Virus record (IMG/VR): IMGVR_UViG_3300005662_000024
Source: a virus
Reading direction: 5' to 3' (one strand)
Length of the DNA stretch: 64,000 nt
The position numbers and the translations under genes are program-made. The notes under the pieces were generated by a model, which saw only the letters and a list, made by a program, of their open reading frames with translations, searched no databases and had not been told where the DNA came from. Positions 28,346 through 39,111 of the stretch are shown one piece after another. Each line of letters starts with the position of its first letter. The stretch's first letter is position 1.

Positions 28346-29987
28346 ATGGCTTTTGAATTTACGGAAAACTTTACCATAGAGCTTCCAAAAATTACAGAAT
28401 CAGATTTTAATTTTTCTGAATCATCTGATTTTAAAAATGGTCTTATAATCGAAGTAGCAGCCATACACGAACGGACTAACTGGAAATTATAATAATTATT
28501 CAGCCGTTGAATTAGAAAAGGCTTTAAATTCATGGGTAGAACCTTACCCTAAGCCTATTATTTTAAATCATGATCTTAACACTGAGCCAATCGGAAGAGT
28601 CATGGCTGCAAAAATGGATAAAGAGCAAGATGGAGTTCCTTTTGTTAGACTTCAAATAGCTATTACAGATCCAGTAGCTGCTCAAAAGATTATGGATAAA
28701 AGATATTTAACAGGTTCTGTTGGCGGAAGGGCTGGAAAAGCAGTTTGTAGTATCAGTGGTGAAGATTTAGCCTCTGAGGATGCAAGTGGTAGACCTCGTA
28801 TGCCAAAGTATAGAAGAGGTCAGGTTTACAAAGGTAAGCTAGCGTTTATCGATATGCAGGATATATCTTTTAAAGAGTATTCTTTTGTAAATCAACCAGC
28901 GGATCAAAGATCCGGTGTTAGAAATAAAGCAACAGCAGATAGTAATTTAAGCGTTTCTGATTCAGACTGGGTTGCAAAGAGTTCCGCTTTTATTCTAAAA
29001 ATGGATGAAGAAGATATTTATTCAGTATCTGAAAGTCAATCAATTTTTAAAGGAATGAAGAAAAAGGAATCTAGACCAGTTTATCTTCAATTAAAGGGAT
29101 CTTTCTTAACAGCTATGGCTGTAAATGAAAGCGAAAATTACAATATTAATAACAACCCATTACTATCAAAAGAACAAGAATCTAATAATAATGAGGAGAA
29201 TTCAGAAATGACCATTCTTAAAGAAGAAGAAGACATCCTTACTGTAGCCAAAGAGCTGAGTGATGATCTATCTTCAATTGCAGCAGACACTGCTAAGAAA
29301 GAAGATTCTGTAGAGAATTCAGAAGAAACAGCTGAAGTAACACAAGAAGAGCAAGAAGAAACAAAAGAAGAAACAAAAGAAGAAGCTCCAGCTGTAGAAG
29401 AAGAAATTGAAACTGAAGAAAAACAAGAATCTAAAGAAGAGATTTCCACTGAAGCAAAAGAAGAGTCGGACGTGCAAGTTAAAGACGCTGAATCCGATAA
29501 CTCTGAAGAGTCAGTTGAAAAGCCTGAGTTAAATCAGGAACAAGAAGTTGATAAGGAAGTTCAATCAGAGCTCAACGACAAAGAAGAAGTCGCTGAGCAA
29601 AACAACGATGAACTTTCTGACAAAATCAAGCTTCTTGAAGAAGAAAATAAAAACCTTAAAGCAGCACTTCATAGAGTGTTAGCGGAAAGAGTTGTAGATG
29701 CAAAAATAGCAGCCGGTATTGAAAGCGCAGCTGATAGAGGAGCACTTGTAGCTGATCACGCAACAAGAACAGCTTCTTCATTAGCTGACTCATTAAGAGA
29801 CATTGCAAAGATGCCAGTTAAAAAAGCAAATACAAATGTAGTTCCAGAAATTACAAGTGAAGCAGAGAATTCTAAGGAAGAAACGAATGTTCTTTCTATA
29901 GAAGATATTTCTTCTGAAAAGAAGGAAGAACCAAACACTGCAGAACAGCTTTTCGTAGACGCTCTTATGGGCCGTCGTTCGCTTTAA
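28346..29987 (+). CDS. prohead protease-scaffold fusion, 546 aa, CGGA recoding at 28472
   Basis: GAA-C-GGA-CTA gives AIHEGLTGNYNNYS...PYPKPIILNHD...PIGRV, then YLTGSVG and EYSFVNQPAD; acidic scaffold-like C-terminus. Confidence 0.85.
29208..29987 (+). CDS. nested in-frame scaffold protein
   Basis: TACTAT at 29161 and GAGGAG SD before in-frame ATG 29208, at the start of the acidic domain. Confidence 0.55.
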   Translation: MTILKEEEDILTVAKELSDDLSSIAADTAKKEDSVENSEETAEVTQEEQEETKEETKEEAPAVEEEIETEEKQESKEEISTEAKEESDVQVKDAESDNSEESVEKPELNQEQEVDKEVQSELNDKEEVAEQNNDELSDKIKLLEEENKNLKAALHRVLAERVVDAKIAAGIESAADRGALVADHATRTASSLADSLRDIAKMPVKKANTNVVPEITSEAENSKEETNVLSIEDISSEKKEEPNTAEQLFVDALMGRRSL

Positions 29988-30009
29988 TTAAAACAAGGAG
30001 ATATATAAA

Positions 30010-30771
30010 ATGAGCTTAGCAAAATTCCGCAAGGTATATGCCAAGACAGGAGCTGGAAGGTTCGTAGTATCTGAGGGTGTAGCACCAGCAGCTTACTTGC
30101 TCCCAAACCAGGGCTTGCCAACATGGTACCTTGATTCAGAAGATGATCGTTTTGAAATTGTTATCCCAAAGGGAACAATTCTTTCTGTCGTAGCTGATGC
30201 TAATGGTGATGCAACAGTCGTTCCAGCCAATGGTTCCGGTTCTTCCGTAACATGGGGCGATTCAATGCCTTCATCATGGGATCCGCTTGATGGTGCAACT
30301 CCAGCTTACAGCTCTGGAGCAACTGACACAGTAGCAGTTGCATCTAAGTCTGTTCCAGTTGGTGTAGCTCAGTACGATCTATACCGTCCATTTGACAAGG
30401 GCACTTCACAAGGCGCAGGGTTTATCACCCATGGCTACGTAGAGTATCCAATCGTTGATGGATTGAACAATGATGTGACCGTCGGTTCTTTAGTTAGAGC
30501 TGACCACATGGGTCGCCCAGTGGTGCTAACATCAACACTGTGTGGCACAGATCCTTACCTCCAGGTTGGTAAGGTTATTGAAGTAGAAAAGTTTGCAACC
30601 AACTTTGATGATGGTCTACTTTCCTACATGCAATTGCCATCGGATCCTGGTGCACTTAAGACTGTTTTTGAAATCACAAGAACAGGCACCTATAGTGGCA
30701 AGTTGGGCATCCGCTCAAACCTGGATGTAACAAACGTGCTTGGCGCATTCCGTGTCAATCTAACGCTGTAA
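30010..30771 (+). CDS. capsid decoration/minor head protein
   Basis: Lies between scaffold and MCP; strong SD; codon bias of a highly expressed gene; VIPKGTI motif. Confidence 0.7.
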   Translation: MSLAKFRKVYAKTGAGRFVVSEGVAPAAYLLPNQGLPTWYLDSEDDRFEIVIPKGTILSVVADANGDATVVPANGSGSSVTWGDSMPSSWDPLDGATPAYSSGATDTVAVASKSVPVGVAQYDLYRPFDKGTSQGAGFITHGYVEYPIVDGLNNDVTVGSLVRADHMGRPVVLTSTLCGTDPYLQVGKVIEVEKFATNFDDGLLSYMQLPSDPGALKTVFEITRTGTYSGKLGIRSNLDVTNVLGAFRVNLTL

Positions 30772-30810
30772 TAAAAAAAGAAAAAATAAAACAGGAGGAA
30801 TAATCCTAAG

Positions 30811-31872
30811 ATGAGTAAATCAATCCAAGAGCTCCTCTCAGGTCTCCCAGCTTGGGAAACAGCATTAACTGAGGACGGTTATATCGATGGAGATAATAGA
30901 GTAACCATTAAAGAGGCATTTGCATCACCTGATGCAGCTGCACTTTTTCCTAAAGTCATCTCCCGTACATTAAAGGAAGCAGCTGAGCCACAATTATTGG
31001 TTACGCCACTTCTCTCAACTGTACGTCTCGGCAAGGGACGCTCTTTGGAGTTCCCAGCAGTTAATGCAATTCAAGCTGCAGAGATACCTGAAGGACAAGA
31101 ATATCCAGAACAGGCTCTCGCCTTTGCAAAGCAAGTTGAAGGTAAAGTTTCAAAGAAAGGTGTTAAGCTGGCTTTTACAGAAGAAGTCATCGCAGACTCA
31201 CTTTGGGACATCGTAGGCCTTCACGTCCGCGCTGCTGGTCGCGCAATGGCTCGCTTAAAAGAGCAAATTGCACTCAGCAGATTTAAGGACGCAGCTACCG
31301 TAGTTTTCGACAATGAAAGCGGTTCATACGACGATACAACAGGTCGTGGAATTGATGGCGCAGCCAACAAGACCATTACTTGGGACGACATCGTTGATAT
31401 GGCTGCCGTTCTCATGGCAGAAAATCACGTACCAACTGACTTCATTTTGCACCCACTAATGTGGTCTATCTTCCTAAAGGATAGTATCTTCCATGCTGGT
31501 GGTTCTGCAGCTGCAGTTAATACAAGTTGGGGTTACCGTCCTCAGTCCAAGGAAGGCGCGTTGAATTCAACCGCCCCAATGGGTCTGAATGTGATTGTTT
31601 CTCCTTTCGTAAGCTTCACAGCAAAGAGTGGTTCAACACCTGCAATGTCAGATCTTTTCTTGATCGACCGCAATGAAGTTGGAACACTCCTTGTCAAGGA
31701 TGACATGAGCACAGATCAATTCGATGATCCAAGCCGTGACATTCGTCAAATGAAGATGAAAGAGCGTTACGACATCGTTATGCTTGGCGATGGTGAAGGA
31801 ATCACCGTAGCTAAGAACGTTAGACTAACTCGCAACTACGAGGTCGAGGTTACCAATTCGGTATCTCTATAA
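30811..31872 (+). CDS. major capsid protein (HK97 fold)
   Basis: AEIPEGQEYP, KKGVKLAFTEEVIAD, ARLKEQ, ILHP motifs; AGGAGG SD; followed by terminator. Confidence 0.92.
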   Translation: MSKSIQELLSGLPAWETALTEDGYIDGDNRVTIKEAFASPDAAALFPKVISRTLKEAAEPQLLVTPLLSTVRLGKGRSLEFPAVNAIQAAEIPEGQEYPEQALAFAKQVEGKVSKKGVKLAFTEEVIADSLWDIVGLHVRAAGRAMARLKEQIALSRFKDAATVVFDNESGSYDDTTGRGIDGAANKTITWDDIVDMAAVLMAENHVPTDFILHPLMWSIFLKDSIFHAGGSAAAVNTSWGYRPQSKEGALNSTAPMGLNVIVSPFVSFTAKSGSTPAMSDLFLIDRNEVGTLLVKDDMSTDQFDDPSRDIRQMKMKERYDIVMLGDGEGITVAKNVRLTRNYEVEVTNSVSL

Positions 31873-31909
31873 TCCTTAGGAAAGTTATAGTTACCTTATC
31901 CTAAAGGGC

Positions 31910-31945
31910 AGGGGGGCGGTGTAAAAACCGCCCCCTTGTTCTTTT
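31910..31945 (+). terminator. intrinsic terminator after MCP
   Basis: GGGGGCGGT-GTAAAA-ACCGCCCCC plus TTGTTCTTTT. Confidence 0.85.
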
Positions 31946-31993
31946 ATCTATATCAGTTACTATAATATTGTACTTTGATGACTGGAGATTAAT

Positions 31994-32773
31994 GTGGCCT
32001 TAAATCTAATACAAAACGCTGCAGTAGGACTTGGTACTGTTTCTATAAAGTTCGGAAGAACTATAAAAATTTCTTCTATTACAAAACAAAATATTATAGT
32101 ACAAACAACAGCTGCCACTCCTAGTGTTTTAAACACACCCTTTAAAGATATTGATACTTTAGGTGATTATAATCAAATATCAAGAACATTAAAACTTTTA
32201 TGGAATGTTCAATTAGCGCCTTCTACTGAGTATGTAATAAGGTTTATTAACTTTTTTGACGCAGCCAATGAACCAATACCGGAAGAGCAAATAAAATTTA
32301 CTACTTTAGATTCTGGTGCAACTCCTAACACTGGAGAATTTAATTCTGTTAATGAACCTGAATTAAATGAAATTTTAATTGAAGATAAATCGATAAGAAC
32401 AGATGCTTTTACGAGTTATCAAATAATTGCAAAAAATCCAAACTTCTATATAACAAGCTTAGACCCTGTTAATGGAGATTTTTTTATAGATAATTCTTAC
32501 AATTATGGAAGAATTACTGTATCTTTTAATGAAAAACCAGCTTCTAACTTTTTAAATAATAAATATTTTAAATTGCAAAAGAAAAAAATACAAAGAACTC
32601 CATCAAGATGGGAAAATGTAATAGGCGAAATTTCAGCCCATGCCTGGAAGCCAGAGGTTTACATAGATACTCCATCTCAAGATGCAACACCAGCATATTT
32701 TACTGAGGATAAAGAATACTTTGAATCTGGATATAAATATAGATTAATAATATCTAAAGATATAGGAGTTTAA
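31994..32773 (+). CDS. virion protein with two Ig-like domains
   Basis: IKFGRTI...LAPSTEYVI and ITVSFNE...FESGYKYRLII patterns. Confidence 0.6.
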   Translation: MALNLIQNAAVGLGTVSIKFGRTIKISSITKQNIIVQTTAATPSVLNTPFKDIDTLGDYNQISRTLKLLWNVQLAPSTEYVIRFINFFDAANEPIPEEQIKFTTLDSGATPNTGEFNSVNEPELNEILIEDKSIRTDAFTSYQIIAKNPNFYITSLDPVNGDFFIDNSYNYGRITVSFNEKPASNFLNNKYFKLQKKKIQRTPSRWENVIGEISAHAWKPEVYIDTPSQDATPAYFTEDKEYFESGYKYRLIISKDIGV

Positions 32774-32774
32774 T

Positions 32775-33188
32775 TTGTCTAATTTTATATATAAAAAAGC
32801 TAAACAAGCTTTATTTAATGGTCAAATTAATATTTCTGCAAATCAGTATAAGATTTTACTTTTAAAAACAAGTATATATACAGCTAATCAAAATTTAGAT
32901 GAATTTGTTTCAGATATACCATCTACAGCTATAACTGTAAGATCCGGTAATATTTCAAATATTACTAATACATTAGGAATTATAGATGGAGATGATGTAA
33001 TTATTGACGAATACAATGGAGGAGCATTTGAGGCATTAGCTTTTTACCAAGTTGGTTCTTCTGATTCTAATTCTAGATTAATATTTTATATAGATACATC
33101 ACAAGGTTTACCATATGTAGTTACAGCTAGTAATACAACAGTTACTATATTATGGAATAATGAAATTAATAAAATTTTAGCTATTTAA
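32775..33188 (+). CDS. putative virion structural protein
   Basis: 137-aa ORF, TTG start with AGGAG SD. Confidence 0.65.
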   Translation: MSNFIYKKAKQALFNGQINISANQYKILLLKTSIYTANQNLDEFVSDIPSTAITVRSGNISNITNTLGIIDGDDVIIDEYNGGAFEALAFYQVGSSDSNSRLIFYIDTSQGLPYVVTASNTTVTILWNNEINKILAI

Positions 33189-33203
33189 AAATGTAGGTTT
33201 AAA

Positions 33204-33542
33204 ATGTCAACAAATTACCCAAATTCAATTGATAATTTTACAAATCCAACATCAACTGACTCACTAAGTTCTACAACTGTACCCCATCATAAACAGCATG
33301 CAGATATAAACGATGCAGTAGAGGCTATTCAGGGTGAACTAGGAGTAAATCCATCAGGACCCTATAATACAGTAAAAGCTAGGATAGAAGGATTAGAGTC
33401 AGATATATTAAACCAATCAGTTTTAAATGGATTATTTGATGTTACTATAGGTACAGCATCTAATGGTGATCTACTGCAATATAACGGGTCAGCCTGGATT
33501 AATTCAGCTAAAGAAAATCTAGTCGATGGAGGAAGCTTCTAA
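33204..33542 (+). CDS. putative virion/fibre-associated protein
   Basis: HADINDAVEAIQGELG and GDLLQYNGSAWIN fibre motifs. Confidence 0.7.
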   Translation: MSTNYPNSIDNFTNPTSTDSLSSTTVPHHKQHADINDAVEAIQGELGVNPSGPYNTVKARIEGLESDILNQSVLNGLFDVTIGTASNGDLLQYNGSAWINSAKENLVDGGSF

Positions 33543-35298
33543 ATGGCAAATACAATAAGGATTAAAAGAAGATCATCAGCTGGTTCAGCTGGTAGTCCAT
33601 CTTCTTTGCAGAACGCAGAATTGGCATACAACGAAGCTGATGACACGCTTTATTATGGTAAGGGAACTGGTGGCGAAGGTGGTTCTGCTACAACAGTAGA
33701 GGCGATTGCGCGGATCTGGCGCTTATGTTACAAAAGGAACAAACCAAACAATAACAGGAAATAAAACATTTTCTGGAACTATTTCTCTAGGGTCTTCTGC
33801 TACTGCTACAACTCAAAGTTCAGGAAGTAATAGTACATCAGTGGCTACTACTGCTTATGTAGACAGTCTTCTTGGAACAGCAACTTCAATTGAATCTATT
33901 CAAGATATCGTTGGCGCAATGGTATCTTCAAATAACGAGTCAGGCATTTCTGCAACTTATGATGATACAAATGGAAAGCTAGATTTTGATGTAAATGATC
34001 CAACGATAACAATTACTGGCGATGTTGACGGCAGTGCTACAATGACAAATCTTGGAAATACTACTATAAATGTTACTCTTGATACAGTTAATTCTAATAC
34101 TGGTTCATTTGGTTCTACAACTGAAATTCCAGTTGTTACAGTAAACGCAAAGGGACTTGTTACTGCAGTTTCCACTGCCTCAATTTCTACAACCCTTACT
34201 GTAGGGGCAGATACTGGAACTGCAGATTCTGTGGCTTTATCTACTGACACTCTTCAGTTTACTGGTGGAGAAGGAATTGATACAGCTGTAACAAATAACA
34301 CAATTACGATTTCCGCTGAAGATGCCACAACAACAAATAAAGGCGTAGCATCATTTGCTAACAACGATTTTAATATTTCATCTGGAGCTGTATCGATTAA
34401 AAATGTTAATCTTGCAACTCAAACAACTGGAGATTATGTAGCTAGCCTTGTTGCTGGTACTGGTGTCACTCTTTCAAATAACTCTGGAGAAAATTCAACT
34501 CCAACAATTGCAATTGGACAAAGTGTAGAAACAAACGCTACAGTAACATTTGCAACTGTAACAACTACAGGAAATACATCAATAGGCGGAAGCCTTACTA
34601 TTACTGGTGATTTAACTGTAAACGGAAATACTACAACATTAAATACTTCAACTCTTGTTGTAGAAGATAAAAATATAGTATTATCAAATACTTCATCACC
34701 AACAGATACAACAGCTGATGGTGCAGGTATAACTGTTTTAGGCGCAACAAATAAAACTTTTAATTGGTTAGATTCAACAGACTCATGGACATCGTCAGAA
34801 AATATTGATATTTTAAGCGGAAAAATATACTCTATTAATGGGACAACTGTATTATCGAATAATACCCTTGGATCAGGAGTTGTTACTTCATCATTAACAT
34901 CGGTTGGAACAATATCTACAGGAACTTGGCAAGCAGGTACTATAGCAATATCTTATGGTGGAACTGGAGCAACAACAGCTTCTCAGGCAAGAACAAATCT
35001 TGGCCTAGCAATAGGCACAGATGTACAAGCATATGACGCTGAGTTAGCAGCACTAGCCGGTTTAACATCAGCAGCAGACAAGCTTCCATACTTTACTGGT
35101 TCTGAAACTGCATCCTTAGCAACATTTACAAATTATGCTAGAACACTACTTGACGATGCAGATGCTTCAACGGCAAGAACTACCCTAGGCTTAGGAACAA
35201 TAGCAGTACAAAATGCAAATTCTGTTTCAATTACTGGAGGATCAATTACAAACTTAACTACTTTCGATGGCGTAACTATCGACGGTGGAACATTTTAA
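33543..35298 (+). CDS. tail fibre protein, 584 aa, CGGA recoding at 33711
   Basis: IRIKRR...PSSLQNAELAYNEAD fibre N-terminus joined at GCG-C-GGA-TCT to the Thr/Ser/Gly-rich shaft. Confidence 0.85.
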
Positions 35299-35320
35299 TT
35301 TCTAAATAAGAAAGGCTATT

Positions 35321-38300
35321 ATGGCATTACCATCAATAACTCAGGGTCAAATAGCCATAGACCCATCAAATGGAATTTTCTATTATAAAGATGCAAGCAA
35401 TACACTAGTAAGTGCTACATTAAATTGGCTTCAAGATAGTAATACAGCCATTTCTACAGAAGATAGTGTAACCGTAGATGGAAGCTTGACAATAACTGGT
35501 GATTTAACAGTTAATGGAAACACTGTTTCTGTTAATGTTTCTAGTGTTGTAGTCGAAGATAATATTTTAGTATTGAATGGAAATGTAACTGGATCTCCAT
35601 CACTTAACGCAGGAATAGAGATTGAACGCGGTACATCTACTAATGTGCAGATTCGTTGGAATGAATCCACCGATAAATGGGAGTACACTAACGATGGAAC
35701 GAATTTTTACGCCATTAACGATAATTCAAACACAGCAAATTCGTGGGCAACAGCTAGAACAATAACATTATCTGGAGACGTATCAGGCTCTACATCAATA
35801 GATGGTTCTGCAAACGTAACTATATCAACAACTATTGCAAATGATTCACATAATCATACTGCATCAACTTTAACTTTTGCCCTAAATGACGCATCAGATG
35901 TCACAATATCAGATGTAGCTGGCGGAGACTTTTTAAGATATAACGGTTCTGCTTGGATAAATGATCCAGTAAATCTAGCAACAGATACAATAGGAAACTA
36001 TGTACAATCGCTAGTAGCAGGAGATGGAATTACTCTTTCTAATAACTCAGGCGAAGGTGCAACTCCAACAGTCGCTTTAACAAGTAATTCAATTACAGTA
36101 GGATCAACATCTGTAGCGCTTGGAGCTTCTTCTGCTACAATAGCTGGATTAACTTCAGTAACATCAACTTCTTTCAATGGAGATTTGACAGGAAATGTAA
36201 CTGGCAACGCAGATACTGCTACCAAGTGGAAAACAGCAAGAACAATAACTCTAGATGGAGATGTATCTGGCTCAGTAACTATTGATGGATCAAATAATGT
36301 AACAATAACAACTTCAGTTGCAGATAACTCTCATGGTCATGGACCAGGAAGTGTTTTATTAGCTCTTGGTAATTTAACTAATGTTACAATTTCAGACCCA
36401 ATAAATGGAGATTTTTTAAGATATAATGGATCTAATTGGTTTAACGATCCAGTTAATTTAGCTACAGATACAGTAGGTAATTATGTTGCTTCCCTTACTG
36501 CGGGCAATAATATATTAATAACAAATAATTCAGGAGAAGGAACAAGCCCAACAATATCGGTTTCATCCACTCCAAATTATGACACTTTAACTGCAAATAC
36601 ACTTACTGTTGATTCTATTGAAATTGATCCAACAGGTGCTCTTACTGGACAAGTATTAAAGTATAATGGAACTAAATTTATTCCTTCACAAGATAACGTT
36701 GCAGCAGCAGGCAATTTGTCATTAACAGACTTAAGTGATATAACTTTTGTTAATCCAGTTAATGGATCTACTCTCAGATTTGACGGAACAAACTGGACAG
36801 ATTCTGGCATCTCACTTGAAGACCTATCTGACTATACAAATGCATCTACTCCTCAATATGGTCATGTTGTGCATTACAATGGATCAAACTGGACAAATAG
36901 GGCTCCACAATTAGACGACGCTACAGATGTTGACCTGTCTGGAAAGCTATCTGGTCATGTTCTTCAGTATGATGGGTCAAATTGGGTTTCTTCTAGTCTT
37001 GGAGTAAATGAAATAGATACATTCTTAGTTGCGGCTACACCAAGTACTGGTCACGTACTACAGTGGAATGGAACTACTTGGTCAGATTCTCAGATAGCTT
37101 TGGGAACTGAAACTTCTGGTGATTATGTTTCATCTTTAACTTCTGGTGAAAATATTATAATCACTGGAGGGTCAGGAGAAGGCTCAACTCCAACAATAGC
37201 CGTAAATACAAGTTTATCAAATATTTCTACAATATCTGGAACAAGCATAACAATAAACGCAAATACTATTACAAATGGAAATGTAACAGTATCGAATACA
37301 TTATCTGTTTCTCAGAATGCAACAATAACAGGTAATGCTAGTGTAGGTGGTGACGTTTATTTAGGAGTAAATGCAAGTACATTTGCCTCGACATTAACTC
37401 ATCCAACATTGGTTGTTCAGTCAAATCATTCTGATTACTCACAAGTTGCATTCAGAAACTTAGGTAATGCTGCTAGTAGCTCTACTGATATAATCGCTTA
37501 CTCAAATAATGGAGATGACAATTCTGGCTGGATAGATTTAGGTATTACTTCTAACGCATTTAATGATCCATCATTTAGTACTACTGGTCCAAATGATGGC
37601 TATATATTTATGGAGGCACCAGCAAATACAACTGGAAATGGAAATCTAGTTATAGCTACTGGAGGAAATGGAACTCAAAATGCCATAATATTTGCAGCTG
37701 GAGGATTACAGACTGACAATACTCAAATGACAATATTTCCAGATGTAAACGTACATATAGAAATTCCAACACCATCGACAAGTTCCACAACGGGAGCTCT
37801 AACTGTAGTAGGAGGAGTTGGAATTCAAGGTGACATGAATGTTGAGGGAAATGTTAGCGTTCAAGGAACAATTACTTTTGGTGGAGCTGGAACTACTGTT
37901 GAAACAGAAAACCTAACAGTAACAGATCCATTTGTGTTTGTTTCTGATGGAAATACTGGAGACATAGTAGATTCTGGACTTATAACTGAATATAAAAACA
38001 ATGACGCAACGCCACAGACTAGATACTCAGGTATTGTAAGAGACGCATCAGATGGATATTATAAGATTTTTTCTGGAGCAACTACAAAACCAAGTACTAC
38101 AGTAAACTTCAGTGAATCAGGTCTAGTATATGGATCCTTTAGGGCAAACAATATTACTTCTACAACAATTAATAGTGGAAATATTACTTTAGATACTGGT
38201 AGTTCTATAACAATAGGCGTTACTGAAGTACTTACTGCATCAAACTATGCAGGAACTGCAGCAAGTGTTGTAAATGGAGTTTATACAACTGATACTGGCA

Positions 38301-38656
38301 CTGTAACGCCAACTATGCTAGCTACAGGACCAGCAAGATCAGGCTTTAGGTCTGAAATAAACGCTCAAACTGGAACAAGTTATACTTTAGTTTTATCTGA
38401 TTTAGCAAAGCTAGTTACGATGGATAATGCGTCCACTATGACTTTAACTATTCCAGCAAATAGCTCGGTTGGATTCACTATAGGAGATAAAATAGATATA
38501 CTAAGAAAGGGAGCAGGAGCTTTAACAATAGCAGGAGCTGAAGGGGTTACTGTAAATGGAACTCCTGGACTAAAGTTGCGCGCTCAATGGTCATCTGCTA
38601 CACTAGTAAAACTAGGAACAGATTCTTGGGTTGTAATAGGAGACCTGTCGGCATAA
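35321..38656 (+). CDS. long tail fibre protein (1111 aa)
   Basis: Repeated ARTITLSGDVSGS and GDFLRYNGSxW units; C-terminal YTLVLSD...LRAQWSSATL...GDLSA domain. Confidence 0.85.
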   Translation: MALPSITQGQIAIDPSNGIFYYKDASNTLVSATLNWLQDSNTAISTEDSVTVDGSLTITGDLTVNGNTVSVNVSSVVVEDNILVLNGNVTGSPSLNAGIEIERGTSTNVQIRWNESTDKWEYTNDGTNFYAINDNSNTANSWATARTITLSGDVSGSTSIDGSANVTISTTIANDSHNHTASTLTFALNDASDVTISDVAGGDFLRYNGSAWINDPVNLATDTIGNYVQSLVAGDGITLSNNSGEGATPTVALTSNSITVGSTSVALGASSATIAGLTSVTSTSFNGDLTGNVTGNADTATKWKTARTITLDGDVSGSVTIDGSNNVTITTSVADNSHGHGPGSVLLALGNLTNVTISDPINGDFLRYNGSNWFNDPVNLATDTVGNYVASLTAGNNILITNNSGEGTSPTISVSSTPNYDTLTANTLTVDSIEIDPTGALTGQVLKYNGTKFIPSQDNVAAAGNLSLTDLSDITFVNPVNGSTLRFDGTNWTDSGISLEDLSDYTNASTPQYGHVVHYNGSNWTNRAPQLDDATDVDLSGKLSGHVLQYDGSNWVSSSLGVNEIDTFLVAATPSTGHVLQWNGTTWSDSQIALGTETSGDYVSSLTSGENIIITGGSGEGSTPTIAVNTSLSNISTISGTSITINANTITNGNVTVSNTLSVSQNATITGNASVGGDVYLGVNASTFASTLTHPTLVVQSNHSDYSQVAFRNLGNAASSSTDIIAYSNNGDDNSGWIDLGITSNAFNDPSFSTTGPNDGYIFMEAPANTTGNGNLVIATGGNGTQNAIIFAAGGLQTDNTQMTIFPDVNVHIEIPTPSTSSTTGALTVVGGVGIQGDMNVEGNVSVQGTITFGGAGTTVETENLTVTDPFVFVSDGNTGDIVDSGLITEYKNNDATPQTRYSGIVRDASDGYYKIFSGATTKPSTTVNFSESGLVYGSFRANNITSTTINSGNITLDTGSSITIGVTEVLTASNYAGTAASVVNGVYTTDTGTVTPTMLATGPARSGFRSEINAQTGTSYTLVLSDLAKLVTMDNASTMTLTIPANSSVGFTIGDKIDILRKGAGALTIAGAEGVTVNGTPGLKLRAQWSSATLVKLGTDSWVVIGDLSA

Positions 38657-38657
38657 C

Positions 38658-39057
38658 ATGGCAACTGGCGATAAACACGGAACTAGAAAAAAACCTGCAC
38701 CGACCGTAACTGGTCGGTAAAGATACCGCTGCCAACGCAGCCATTACTACAGCTGGTTTTAGAATTGGAACCATAACAAATGTATCTACAGCAGTAGAAG
38801 CAGAGTTGGGTGACGTAACCGCTCAATCTCCTGCCTCTGGAACAGTAACGCCAATGGATACAAATATTGACTATACTAGAAAGAGTCCATTTTTTCCACC
38901 TTATTTCCCACCATACTTTCCACCTTTCTTTCCGCCTTTCTTCCCGCCATATTTCCCACCATATTTCCCACCATTCTTCCCACCGTTCTTCCCACCATTC
39001 TTCCCACCATTCTTCCCACCATTCTTCCCACCATTCTTCCCACCAATATTTAAGTAG
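38658..39057 (+). CDS. PASTA-like domain plus 13x (F/Y)FPP repeat protein, 132 aa, CGGT recoding at 38715
   Basis: PTVTG-G-KDTAANAAITTAGFRIG...GDVTAQSPASGT PASTA pattern; the unshifted frame stops immediately (CGG TAA). Confidence 0.8.
38890..39045 (+). repeat. 13 tandem 12-bp coding repeats, (F/Y)FPP
   Basis: TTC/TAT TTC CCA CCA units with synonymous variation. Confidence 0.95.
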
Positions 39058-39111
39058 ATACACTTAATTAAGTGATTACTATATAATATATTCTAAACAA
39101 AAAGAGAATGT

